This document shows, piece by piece, positions 12,841-24,649 of a stretch of 64,000 nucleotides of DNA. Under the pieces are notes generated by a model. That model saw only the letters and a list, made by a program, of their open reading frames with translations, searched no databases and was not told the DNA's origin. Source of the stretch: Lingula anatina (taxonomy: Eukaryota; Animalia; Brachiopoda). The first letter of the stretch is position 1; each line of letters begins with the position of its first letter. A program made the position numbers and the translations under genes. The stretch spans positions 56,770,788 to 56,834,787 of the forward strand of contig CM120640.1 in the NCBI GenBank assembly GCA_051362555.1, given 5' to 3'.

Positions 12841-13948
12841 AAAATGACCTATGAGGCTACAGTACAAAACCATTTCAGTAAAATTATATATATATGAAAG
12901 TTAATGAAAAAAAAAACAAATACACGGCGTATAAATTAATATATTTTTTGTGAATTGTAGTCTTATTGCGCGTAAACTGACTCGTACATTATTTGTTCGC
13001 GATAAATAGCTCCTTTCTGACTCGACCTTTATCTTCTAGCCAGTATTCAAATTGTAGACATATGAGAAGAAATATAATTAGATATCTACGGAAAATGTGT
13101 TTATTAGTTTTTCTGTCTGTCCGTAGACCATAAAAATGTGAGGCACAGACGAACAGTTTTATGTGGTATGTGTTTTCAGTAACAGCTAGAATTCCCTTTG
13201 TCATTAGCTTTAACTGAGATTCACCAGCCAATATTACGTCTGTTTACCGTCAGACTTAATCAAGGAAATAAGGGCTGTGATAAATATTACAACCTATCAC
13301 CAATTAGACATGATGGTTCAGTCCCCCCCCCCTCCTCCCCCCCCCCCCCCCCCCCCTTGAGCAGTGCAATTTGGTTAGGGTAACTCAGTCACATCATTTA
13401 TATTGGGTTTTAAACTTCAAGAATTTTAACCGGGGTGTCACGTGATTCCTAGTATAATATCTTAATGTTTTCTTTCCGTTTTTCCTGATGCTGCTTAGGG
13501 CAGTGTTCCAGATAATTGACAAAATAGTTTTTAAAATTCGGGTTACCCTGGGACATGTTGTTCCTGATGTTGGCTTAGGGCAGATGACGTGTAACTGTCA
13601 GCAGACGAAATATTGGCTGGTAAACCTCAGTTGATTTTTCCCAAAGCAATCAACAAATGAATCTCCAGTTGTTTATTGGAATTATTGTCTTGCAAGTTGA
13701 CATGTTCTGTAGATGGATTTACGGGTTCACACAATCACACGCACGCAAGCACGTACAGATTAAAAAATAACGTCTATACCACAATGATAACGAGAGAACA
13801 AACAGGATTTATAACCCATCCTGTGAATATGCTTGAATTTTGAATTTTCTTTTTGGAGTTAACATTTGTTTGTAAGAGAAAGAAATTAAAAGCTAAAATA
13901 ATCCTCTTAATAAAGTTTTGAGAGTCTATGGCATAAGAGGCAAACTTA

Positions 13949-14820
13949 AGCCTAGATTACATTTGAAATGCGACGCCCGTACGGCACACGTATAGGGCCT
14001 ACTGCCCGTAATACCCTTTTCGTACGGCGTCTGAGCGGAGGTAAACGGTGGCCGTGCGAAATCGCACGTAATGTAGACATACTCGGCGTAGCCTGTAACT
14101 TCTTCTTCTTCTTCATGTGCCAGGTCTGTTGCAGACATCGGCAATCATGGCCCTCCATTCCTCTCTGTTGTCAGTTCTCCTGATGAGTTCATTCTTGGGG
14201 GATTCTTTCCTCGTTGCGTAGCTATTCAGACTGTCTGTGTATTTTGTGCGTTGTCTTCCTCTGCTTTTGGTACCACAAATCTTTCCACACAGTATTTGCT
14301 TTTCTATTCCATCAGCTCTGATTATGTGCCCAAAAATTGTAATTGTCTTTTTCTGATGGTTCTGAGTAGGGATCGTTTGTACCCGTCCATTTCCATTACT
14401 TCTTCGTTTGACTTCTTTTCAGTCCATGATATTCTCATAATTCTTCTGATATACCACATTTCTGCTGCTTCAAGTCTTCTTTCGAGGTCTTTTGTTAGCG
14501 TCCAGCATTCGCATCCGTACAGAAGGATGGACCATATGAAGGCTTTCACAGTGCTGATTTTGGTGCTGAGTCTTATATTTCTGTTGGTAAAGATGGGCTT
14601 CATCTTGGTGAATGTGTCTTTAGACAAAGCGATTCTCTTCTTTATTTCTGTGTCGCATCTGGCATCTGGAGTTATTGTGAAGCCCAAGTAATTAAAGGTG
14701 CAAACTTGTTTTATTCTTTCCCCTTTGCATAAAATGTTACATACAGGCATGTCTGACTGTTTTGAGATTACCATGCACTCAGGAAAGATAAACGGCGCCC
14801 GTGTAAATATAATCTAGGCT
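13949..14820. mobile_element. PIF/Harbinger-type MITE interrupted by an RTE LINE fragment
   Basis: TIRs agcctagattacattt (13949-13964) and aaatataatctaggct (14805-14820), each flanked by TTA (13946-48 and 14821-23), the 3-bp TSD typical of Harbinger. Confidence 0.65.
14099..14781 (-). mobile_element. 5'-truncated RTE-clade non-LTR retrotransposon (ORF2 C-terminal part + (GAA)n tail)
   Basis: ORF 14774-14322 reads FNYLGFTITPDARCDTEIKKRIALSK...SILLYGCECWTLTK...RLEAAEMWYIRRIMRISWTEKKSNEEV, typical of the RTE RT thumb/C-terminal region. A frameshift follows QLQFLG, and the element ends in gaagaagaagaag at ~14099-14114. Confidence 0.9.
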
Positions 14821-15831
14821 TTAGACATCTATACGTAGCAAAATTCCTAAGAAAGCAAGCAAGCGTAACTTTTTCCTATAGCAGAAAATGAAATTTTCTG
14901 CCTTTGATACCACAATTTTCTTTGCGGTTTAAGATATGCTACTATATACTGGATTTTAAAAAAATGCTGAAGTTACCAGGGGTTTTATTGTTTACTTACT
15001 AGTATAAATGTATAATGACTTAAAGGAAATGCGTTTGGTGAGACCAATTTGTTTGTAATGTGAGACGTTCATTTTCAGCGCAAATCGGCTCCCAATATGC
15101 GTAAAGTGGCGATCCATTTTATTCAAATTGATGGGACAGGCATTGTTGCTTTTTATAGAATTAAATATAGAGAGAAAGCCAATAGAAAGGCGAAAGTACT
15201 TGTGTAAACAGTTAAGTAAATCAGGCCCGTAGCCAGCAATTTCAAAAGGAGAGTTCTTTTTCTGAATAAGTGGACCTTTTACCATGAAACCTTCATGTAC
15301 CTAGATAATTTTTTACCTAGGGGGGAACTTTTCCTGGCGAAAAGTTGGCTTCTTTTGAACCCCCGAACCTCCTATTAAAGAAATGTGACTATATAAAGAT
15401 GTAGACACATTAATACATTTTAACGCCTTTTAATAGCAACATAATAATACTACAATTTCATGCCAGGGTATGTTCTTAAAGGGTTACTTATTCTATCAGT
15501 AAAGAAATAATGAAATGATGCCTTTATTTAATGTAACGCTTTAATTAGGGGCTCATTTCTTCTTAACAAACAAACGAACAAAAATGTAACGTCAAACGAT
15601 GGCACCGGACTGTGAGTAGGGGAAAAAGCTGTTAAGAAATAAAACAACAATAATTTTTTTTTACCCTAAGTGTTTTATTGTTATTGGCCTTATATTGAGA
15701 TAAGTATTTAATATAAAAGAAACGAGGAAAAAGCTATTTTGGTTTATATTTTCACATGTATATAGACCTTTATAACCTATCGAACCCTCTAATGTCATTG
15801 CAACTTGATCATATTGTCACCATCAATTCCT

Positions 15832-16050
15832 TTTACGTCGTCTGGCGTCTAGGGCACCATCAAAGATCTTCCACTGCTCTCTGTCACGAGTCAGGTGTTG
15901 AATGGTTCCTCAGCTTTCTCCTTCTCTCATGAGCTCTGCTTCAACGGTCCTTCTCCGTGTGGTCTTAGGTCTGCCTCTTTTTCGGGGTCCCTCTTGTGTA
16001 CAGTGCACAGCTACTTTTGTGGTGGAACTTGGGTTCCTCTCAGCACATGT
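15832..16050 (-). mobile_element. Degenerate 3' fragment of a second RTE/RTE-X LINE
   Basis: The minus strand reads TTKVAVHCTQEGPRKRGRPKTTRRRTVEAEL, matching the RTE C-terminal 'W.P.GKRKRGRPKTTWRRTVE' motif. Confidence 0.7.
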
Positions 16051-17285
16051 TAAAGTCGTTTTTTTTTATTTATGAAATATATATAGTGATGATACTTAGG
16101 TGAAATACTCAAACCCCAGTTTTAGCTTCTTGCTCGTGATACCACATCTCATAGGAAAAAAAATAATCAAAACCTTTACACATCGTCGAAATACGGTTAC
16201 ATTTAAGATTTAGAATGGAAAGGCTGTTTATTTTCTGTTTTGTGTGGAACTAGATTAATTTTTTAAAAATTGTTTTTGTTAGGCAAACAAACCTTTCTCA
16301 ATTTTAACACTTTGCTATTATTGTCAGGCGGCAGAGATCTCTGACTAAACATCACTCGTCACATTCGTTAATTTTGTTCATTGCATTAAAAAAAATGAAT
16401 GTGTTAAACATTTGGATTTTGTTACAGACTCCTTTTCGAATAAATCCGTCAATTTTATAAAAACGACAAATAAATGCTTTTAGCCATATTTGCACATTAG
16501 TGAATAATTAAAGGCGGCACATGCCATTGAAACAAGTCGATTTTTCCACTTGATACATTTATAATGCTTTTAGCAACCAGGAAAGATTTGAGAGATTGTG
16601 GATTTTGCAGCCTAGTGGGGGCGACCTAAATTTCGAAAAAACATGATATATATATGCTCCAACTGCGAGGGAAATATTGAGTGCAGACCGGAGCCTTCTA
16701 CCCTAGTGATCTGCCAACTATCGGTAAGTTAGGCCTACCTGTGTACGTCCAGAGCAAACCCAAGGCAGCTTGGTCTCATTTTTAAATGACAGTGAAATTT
16801 TCCTAGACTGTAAATTCTTGTGATAAAAAAATTGAGTTTCTGTTTAAAAAATTGTGGATGATAAAGCCATACCATGAAGGCCATACCTAATCGTACATCT
16901 AACGCAGGTTGTTTTGATTAGATTAATGAATAAAGTAAACAAAATATTAAATACTAAATACATCCATTAAATATCCGTGTGAATATGTCTTGTAATTAGA
17001 AATAGCCTACTACCATTTCTTTAAAAGAGAGCTCATTTTTACAAGGAACTCTTAAAGCTATAAAGAACGTACACGGAGCTGTTTTGTAATGGCGTGTTAC
17101 GTCTAGAAAGTGCTGAGCGACAAATTGTTGTCATATTCTTCAGTTTTTTCTTAAAAGTTACCCAAGAAAATATTTTTTCTGAGAAGAACTATTTATTCAA
17201 CAGTTTACTATAGGTTTTTTTCCATTTGCTATTTTTAAAGCGTATTTAAGCCAAAATGTTTGATATCACTTTATTTCAGACCACT

Positions 17286-17789
17286 ATGCACCGCAGCACT
17301 GCAATCTTGTTTCACGCTATACTTCTCTCAGTTTTCCTCAATACAGTCAAAGGTTAGTCAAAATATTTTCCGTTTCATTGATGAAGTCTAATCTCATTTG
17401 TACTAGAAAGTAACGGGAACGAATAATTTGTTTCATTTCTTTGGTTTTACATAACAACATGATTTGAAATATTCAAGAAGTTTATTTTTACTAAATCATT
17501 AGATGTTGGCAGTAGCTTTGGGGGTCCTCAGACACCGGACAACGATGAAATGACTACAGAAATCAGCATGGTAAGCGATGGAGCAGAAGACGCCTCAGAG
17601 AATGAAAACTCCATGAAAACAACATTTTATCTAACAACGCAATTAATTCCGACGAGTACTCGAATGCCAGCAGGAGAAGACGCCAAAAACAGCGGGATCG
17701 CGTGCACCAGTGTCAGATATTTGAAGGTCATTTCAGTTGCGCTAGTGCCATACTTAACGGTTACACTCTGGTTGCTTTATTTTAACTAA
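17286..17789 (+). CDS. ~117-aa predicted GPI-anchored small mucin-like protein, gene B
   Basis: Exon 17286-17352 (MHRSTAILFHAILLSVFLNTVK, donor gttagt), then a phase-1 intron, then exon 17503-17789 (DVGSSFGGPQTPDNDEMTTEISMVSDGAEDASENENSMKTTFYLTTQLIPTSTRMPAGEDAKNSG-IACTSVRYLKVISVALVPYLTVTLWLLYFN*). It has a signal peptide, an acidic S/T-rich body, a candidate NSG omega site and a hydrophobic tail. Confidence 0.7.
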
Positions 17790-18731
17790 AAACTGGCCAG
17801 ATTTGAGCAAAGTGAATGATTAATCCATACAGCTTTGGCACAGTACTTAAGCGCGCAAACTTCTACAAGTAAGATGTACACAAAGTGCAGTTGCCATAGA
17901 AACTTACGTCATTTCAATCACTCTGACAGAACTTTCACAATCACAAGTTACTTGGATTTCGGTCGGTTTAATTTTTAGTCAGTTTAATTTTCAGTGTAAT
18001 TTTTTTAGAAATGATAATAACATTAAGCATATGCTCCCAACGTCCGGTTAGTACACAAACATTAAAATGCAGCAATGTTCACTGTAAAATCTTCTATTAG
18101 TCATACAACAAAGGAAAGTCAGGAAAACTATTCAACCATGACTACAACGTCTTTGGATGAAATACCATAAATGGTTTATAGAAGGGAATGTGACAGCAGA
18201 AGCGTTTTGTTTACAAACATCAAGTACATCTCATTTTTACATAGATATGAATTTATTAATTTTTTTTATATTTCAATGTTTATTATATAGTTACATGTAA
18301 AAATAATAATTATCGATAGTACATTTCGTGGCATTGGTAGATTAACTGATAGAACAATGATTGACAGAATAATGCTATGTATGTTATGTAATCAAGTGCT
18401 GAGTCTCTAAATTTACTTTAGAAAACCCACTGAAATAAAATCTCACATTATATGTTTTCTTAGTGTTTGTCTTACATCTGTTTCCATGCACCTACTCCAT
18501 ACAGAATATTCTTGATATCACATATAAGAGAATTTTTCAACTTTGTTCCAATACAGACAATTTGACAAAATAGGTTTTAAAACTTGGGTTACTCTGGGAC
18601 ATGTTGCTTATTTTCTTGCCTATCCTGTTCTTCTTTGATACCTACTATTTAATCACAGTGAACAAATTACAAATGATAGTTCTCAATGATCATTTCTTTT
18701 AGAACAAATTTCAATATGTTATTATATTTAT

Positions 18732-21700
18732 CTATTTCTTTCCTTTAGATGCCACAGATGATAACTGGTCCCTTATTTTACCAAGTCCATCTAACATGGT
18801 GTCTAGTGTCTCTTTAGAAAGTTCAACATTCATACTAGTCACTTCTGGCACACTATCAATTTTAGTGGAATTTTCCTGGACCTGAAAGCAGACAAGATAA
18901 AATGTTTTTATTACTATATCACTTCAAAACTGAAAAAAATTGATAACGATGCCCTGTTTCAGAAATTCCAATGGTAACTTGATAAACAAAGCAATAGAAA
19001 CCTGTTTACTAGGCCATACTAAAGATTCAGTTCATTATTCTAGAAACTGTCAGCTTCAATTTGCCATTCAACCCTGAATTTCCAGTCTCAAAGGCATGTC
19101 CAGCTGTCACTACTTTTACAAATTTGAAAAAGTGAGAAGAATGTCACAACGAAATGCATACGGTAATTATTCGATTTTTTCAAAGGGCAAAAATTATCAA
19201 ACTTCTATATATACTGTATATGATTTTATAATCACAAAAAGTATATTTCTGTATAGCATTTGCGGCACTTTTACTGCATACAATAGAACTTTTGAGAAGC
19301 CTGCTTTTTAATTTTGTTGCTACCATTAAAGAAGATTGATCTAATTTTAAGTATCTGTAAAATTCATAATTTTCCCCAGTGAAAAGTTTGAGTAATTCTT
19401 GTATTTATTTTTTACAAAATTTTCGAAATTTCATGAATCAAACCACTTAAACCATATCTTGTGTAATCTTATACCTTCAACTGCATAATACATGTTGGAA
19501 CTGACATCCTGCTTATGCTGTCAGAGGAGGTCTTGATGTCTATTCTCCAGTCAAAGTCTAGAAGCCTTGGCAAAGAAACTGTAAACAAAATATCATTGAC
19601 AAGTCAATGTTTATTCTAATGATGGACAGTGATTGAGTTCTATATTATTTTTAAACTTAAAAAAAATGATTGAAGTTTTCTTCTTAATTTTGTGTGTTTA
19701 TAAAGGCACATACCTTGATTGTTAATTGCATGGTTTTTCCACATTGGCAAGTTCTCAATGATAATTTTGGCAAGTAGGTCCCTAAGGTTTTTGTGAAATC
19801 CATCTGAAAATCAACATATTTTTACCATTATTAGCTATATGTGTACTTAATTTTCAGCAATCATTAAAATAATATGAAAAAATTAAAAGGTTTATCATGA
19901 ACAAGTACACTTCAGTAGGGAACAAATATTAATGAATTTTTGAATTTCACTGCAATTCTTGACAAATGTCTAAATATTAAAAAAAAAAAAACTCTTACTC
20001 TAAAATGCATTTTAAATCTGGAACATGTCAATATAGTTCTATGTTATCTTGTAAAAAAAAATTTAAAAATTGACAATTTTGTATAAATTTAGTGAAATTT
20101 ATAATTTTATATATTTTCAAATACTACATGCTCCCTGCAGTTAAAATGATAGCGTCATTTATAATATGAAATAAAATATGCATTCAACACACTTATCAGG
20201 TAATGAACCACGAGTGTAGATGTCATTAAAATAAGAACAATGGTTTAAGCGAGAGTTAAAAAATAATTCCCAATCTGAGGATCAGGAGAGAGCTATTTAT
20301 TATTTTGTGGCAAATTCCTGCCTTAAAAGTGAGGGTAAATTCCAATGCTTTGACATATACCCCCATCAGGCATATAAAACTAATGTAGATATCCTGTTGA
20401 ATATGGTTTAATATAAATCTGTATTAACATAAAAGTATGTAATTCTCTTTAAGTCAAGTCTCAACATAGTGGAATTTTATGAGAACCTATACACTGAGGG
20501 TAACATTATTCAAAATGATAGCACAGTTACAATGTATACATTAAACATGTCCTTTTTAGTAAAAACAAACTGCAGTACTAGTACTTGCATTTTGTTATAT
20601 AGCCTGACAGGAAGCAACATAGCATATATGAGAAAATATTTGAAATAAAAATGGAAACATGAGAACAATGAGTGGTAAAACTTTACCTGGAAATACTTTA
20701 AGCACAGCAGCTGGTTCTGTTTGACCTTGAAATACTGCCTTTTTGGTAAGAATGCTTAAGTGATTTAGAAGCTGAAATGTTTGACAAAACTGTTATATAA
20801 CATAAATATTTAGCATTGAATAATTTAACTACTTAAAAAGATGAAATGATAACCTCCAAACTGGTTATTAGAAACAAAATGCCTTCAATCAAAATTAATC
20901 AGATTAAAATGTCGTCAATAGTTCTTTATCTAAATTTTCAATGGTTTAAATAAATACTTTTTTAAAAAAATTAATACACTGCATGTTTGGACCAGAAACA
21001 GGGTGACTCCAAGGTTCTTTATGCATCAATATAAGTCAATTTAATTAGCACCAATTTTCAAGAGCTTGCACAACTTTGCATACAGCCAAAGTCTAAAATG
21101 ATTAAAAAGCAGATCTTGGGTTTCAAGATTTCCAGCACCTCAAATTTTGAACTTCCAGCAAAGAAAAGAGGCTGAGATTTATTTTCCCATACACCTTTTC
21201 TCTCATAATCTGAATAGAAATAAGTATTTAGGATATGTGTTTTGTAGTAGATTTCATGCGCAAATCCACAGTAATCCAAGTAATATGGAAAGAAAGGTCA
21301 AATGTAGCTATTAATATATTTATTATTGTATATGGCTTTATTACCTCCACCTGGTAGGTTATGTTTTGGGTTGTTTGTCTGTCTGTCTGCCTGTGTGTGT
21401 GACCGTCTGTCTGTCTGTTGGCAAAATTATGCAAAAAGTTGTGTATGGATTTTGATGAAATTTTCAGAAACTGCCTGGAGAGGACCTAGTAATAAATGAC
21501 TAGATTATGTTACATTATTTAATAAAGGGTTAATTATAAATTAAAGGGATAATAACTCTTCGTTTCGGCCAAAAAATGAATTTTCCTGGAGTAAACAACA
21601 ATTTTCCCATACTTACCAATGATTAATGAATCCATTTTTACATTCAAAGTTTGTCCCTGGTTTTTTTCTTTAAAGTTTGGTTTTTTGTTAAAATCTCTTA

Positions 21701-23916
21701 AGAGATTTTAACAGAGTATAGCCATCAATGGAGGTCACGTGGTCTAAAGACAAGCTCAGATATCAGAATAATAGCTATAATTGCCATTTTTGTGGTAAAA
21801 CAGAATATATTATATTTCTATGAGTTATTCACAATGTTTTTATTGTGAAATATAGATCTCATACGAAGAGTTATTATCCCTTTAATCATTTTTCTAGCTG
21901 TCTGTTAGCAATATTATGGAAAAAGTTATGGACAGTTTTTGATAAAAATTGTCCAAAACTGTTGGGAGGGGGCAAGTAACAAACAATTACATTTTGGTGG
22001 TGATTGGTTACAAGTAATCAAATAATTAATTAGTTCATTAATAAATAGGTCATAGAATAGGTCAACAATGGGCTTGATTTTGGTGGTGATCAAACAATTA
22101 ATTATTATCAGTTAATATTTTATACTGTCAAAAATTGAGCTAATTTATAAATAAATTAATGATGAAAGTAAGTTAATCAATGAGTTAATTAATAAATAAT
22201 GAACAATAATGAGAACTGAGCTGCCTTGGTGGAGGTTTGTGCTCTCTGAGTGCTCTTCTAGTTGAAAATACCTGTAGGATCTCCCTATACAAGTTTACAG
22301 CTAATCAAGGCAAGTAGATAATGTTTAAGTTATCAATATTATCCATTTGAAGTTGCTGGGATCCAACAGATGAACTTTTCTTCATGTATCACAAAAAGTT
22401 TACTATGGGATTTAATTGAATTTCTTTATTGAAAAAAGTCATGTTGTAATGTGACAAATCACTGAGAGCTTTTCTAACATTGTCAATTAAATTATCCTCA
22501 ATTTTTAAGGGCTTGCACCACTTTAAAGTGAGTGGGGGTGGCCATTACCTAAATTTTAATATTTGAATATTATTGAAACAATCAATAACCACATTTAGGG
22601 AGATGTAAGATTGATTTACTCATGAGTATAACTGTAGCTGGTCATAACTAAATTGAATGAAAAGAAGAATGTGAACTGATGACAAAGTTTTTGGATACAT
22701 CAAATCTTAAAACATATAAATATTTCTAATAGTAAAATTACATGTACTAATAATGAAGGGATGAAAATAATTTTTTCCATTCAGATGACATAAGAATGTC
22801 TAATTTTAGTTATAAATACTAAACCATAATTAACTAAAGGAATTCTTGTTACTTACATTTTTACTCTCTTGCACTTCTATGGAAAGTCCTTCTGATGTTT
22901 TCTGAATTAAAGCCTCAGGTATAACTACAGTGTCTCTGTATAGGAAAGCCTCATTGCACAATTTGGCCACAAAGTCTTTTGAAGATGCCTGTAATGAATA
23001 AATACAAATCAACAAATAGAAGCAACCATAACTGACAGATGCACTGTGTAACATGCTGTACATTCATCCATTCCAGTGAATTACACATTTGTTTCTTACC
23101 TTGCTTTTGCTTTTGTGACCTAAGCAATTGGGGTTTAACTCAAGATTGTGAAAATATAAGGTATTGGCAGTGGTGCTTGATGTTAAAGAATATTGCATCA
23201 AGCACCACTGCCAATACCTTATATTTTCACAATCTTGAGTTAAACCCCAATTGCTTAGGTCATGAAACAATTGACATTCAGACCCAACAACTCAAATTGA
23301 GAGTATTTAAAAGAGAAAATAGAACCTTTTCTCATGTTTAGTTGTGACTGGGCTGTTTTTTTTTTTTTTTTTTCAAATGTATTTCGCTGTATTGCGCAAT
23401 TTAGGAGACCCCGGGATGGACCTGGTAGAAGAAATACACTTTAGAAAAATGCAGTGGCGGATTTAGGGGAGGGGTCAGGGGGGTCCTGACTCCCCCCCCC
23501 CCCCTTCGATTTCTGATAATAATAAAAAAAACACCAAAAAACAACTAGCTGAATCATAGTTCTAAACCGTACCAAATGGCACCATTTGCCCCCCCAGAAC
23601 ACCAATTTTTTACGGGGCCCTCAATCGTGCCCCGATCCTGACGCCCCACGCCAAGATGGTGAGTCGGCCTTGCAATCAGAGGCCTGTCAATCCCAAAAAA
23701 CGGACTCCCCCCCCCCCCCCCCCCCCTTTAAAAAATATTCTAGATCCGCCCCCGAAAATATATTTGATTGGTGAAACTAAAAATGACATGGGGTGATTTT
23801 CCATATTATGTGTAAGCGTAAATATAAGAAAACACCTCAATTGTGCAGAGTTCAACCCGCCCAGTGCAACTTACTTTTAACAATAACGATAACACTTCCG
23901 TATCGACAGTCGCCAT
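18732..23916 (-). CDS. COMMD9: COMM domain-containing protein 9; 6 coding exons
   Basis: Exons 23916-23875, 22988-22857, 20771-20687, 19803-19714, 19578-19475 and 18881-18732. The translation includes FPDGFHKNLRDLLAKII..., SLPRLLDFDWRIDIKTSSDSISRMSVPTC and VELSKETLDTMLDGLGKIRDQLSSVASK, matching COMMD9. Confidence 0.95.
21338..22263 (+). mobile_element. Helentron-associated non-autonomous element (HINE/DINE-1-like) in COMMD9 intron 2
   Basis: It starts ttattacctccacc...ggttatgtttt, has a (GTCT)n microsatellite and the core ggattttgatgaaattttc, and ends gccttggtggaggt...ctctgagtgctcttctagtt. The subterminal inverted repeat is acctccacc / ggtggaggt. Confidence 0.7.
21545..21881. mobile_element. 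Kolobok-type MITE nested in the HINE
   Basis: TIRs agggataataactcttcgt / acgaagagttattatccct, with TTAA on both sides (21541-44 and 21882-85). Confidence 0.75.
23116..23262. repeat. Perfect 67-bp-arm palindrome (hairpin) in COMMD9 intron 1
   Basis: 23116-23182 is the exact reverse complement of 23196-23262, with a 13-nt loop (ttaaagaatattg). Confidence 0.9.
23452..23754. mobile_element. hAT-type GC-rich MITE
   Basis: Ends cagtggcggatttag ... ctagatccgcccccg with internal poly-G/poly-C tracts. The TSD is not clean. Confidence 0.55.
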
Positions 23917-24240
23917 TTTAATGACCTTCACCTAATTTTCGAGTTGTGATACACTTTAAGTAGATGTTGAATATACAATGCATAGCCTCAATTTTCCTGC
24001 AAAATTCAGATATTTATGTTAATTAAAGTGCAGGTTAAAATGGGCATACAAAGATAAAAGAAACCATAAACGCACTAAAAATGTTGTTGATTAGAGTAGA
24101 GATTAGACGTACGTGATTGGACAACACAGATCACATGAGCAGGTGCGAGTTCGTCTGCTCTCAGTGCCGCCTCTGCACAACTGAAAACAGGAGAAGCTGC
24201 AGAAGTTTGTGGAGTTTGTGAATTAAATTTGAATAAGGTC
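23917..24240. promoter_or_regulatory. Bidirectional promoter between COMMD9 and the acidic orphan gene, plus the non-coding first exon of the latter
   Basis: The COMMD9 ATG is at 23916 (-), and a candidate + donor (aag|gtcggt) lies at ~24238. The interval contains an inverted CCAAT (gattgg, 24115-20), an E-box (tcacatga) and a CHR-like tttgaa (~24228). Confidence 0.5.
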
Positions 24241-24649
24241 GGTCTGTCAAATTGCCATTCATCAAAATATGTAAAAAGCGATTATTATTGGTTGGCACAT
24301 TTGATTTGTAATTTTTGAATCGTTTATAATATTACATATAGTTCAGATCATCATTAACAGCCTGTTTCCAGTCATCCCGGTTCTTCACCTGGTACATCTA
24401 CAAATGAAAAAATTAAAATGTCGGGGTATATGGCTGAGTAAACAGAAATGCAAATATTTATAAAAAGGACTGAAAACATAACGTTACACAGTTTTCTAGT
24501 TAACTTTAGATTGTTTTTCATCTAATTTGGGAGAGGTATCGAAAGGAAGTTGGAATGCGTTTTGGGCGACATTTTTTTGTGGCTGGGTAGGAGTTGCAAA
24601 AATGTGAAAGTACTAAAGCTGTGTTTTATATACATGTATTTTATTCAGA

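Noticed and set aside
14251-14691. 146-aa hydrophobic plus-strand ORF
   Set aside because: It is the antisense shadow of the RTE ORF2 fragment.
15321-15334. kappaB-like site ggggaacttttcc between the GPI genes
   Set aside because: It is an imperfect single match within a probable MITE remnant, indistinguishable from chance.
16512-17104. Possible Kolobok-like element upstream of GPI gene B
   Set aside because: The left end ttaa-aggcggcacatgccattg has only a poor right-end match and no second TTAA.
23039-23341. Opposite-strand ORFs sharing the peptide DLSNWGLTQDCENIRYWQWCLM
   Set aside because: This is an artefact of the perfect palindrome at 23116-23262.
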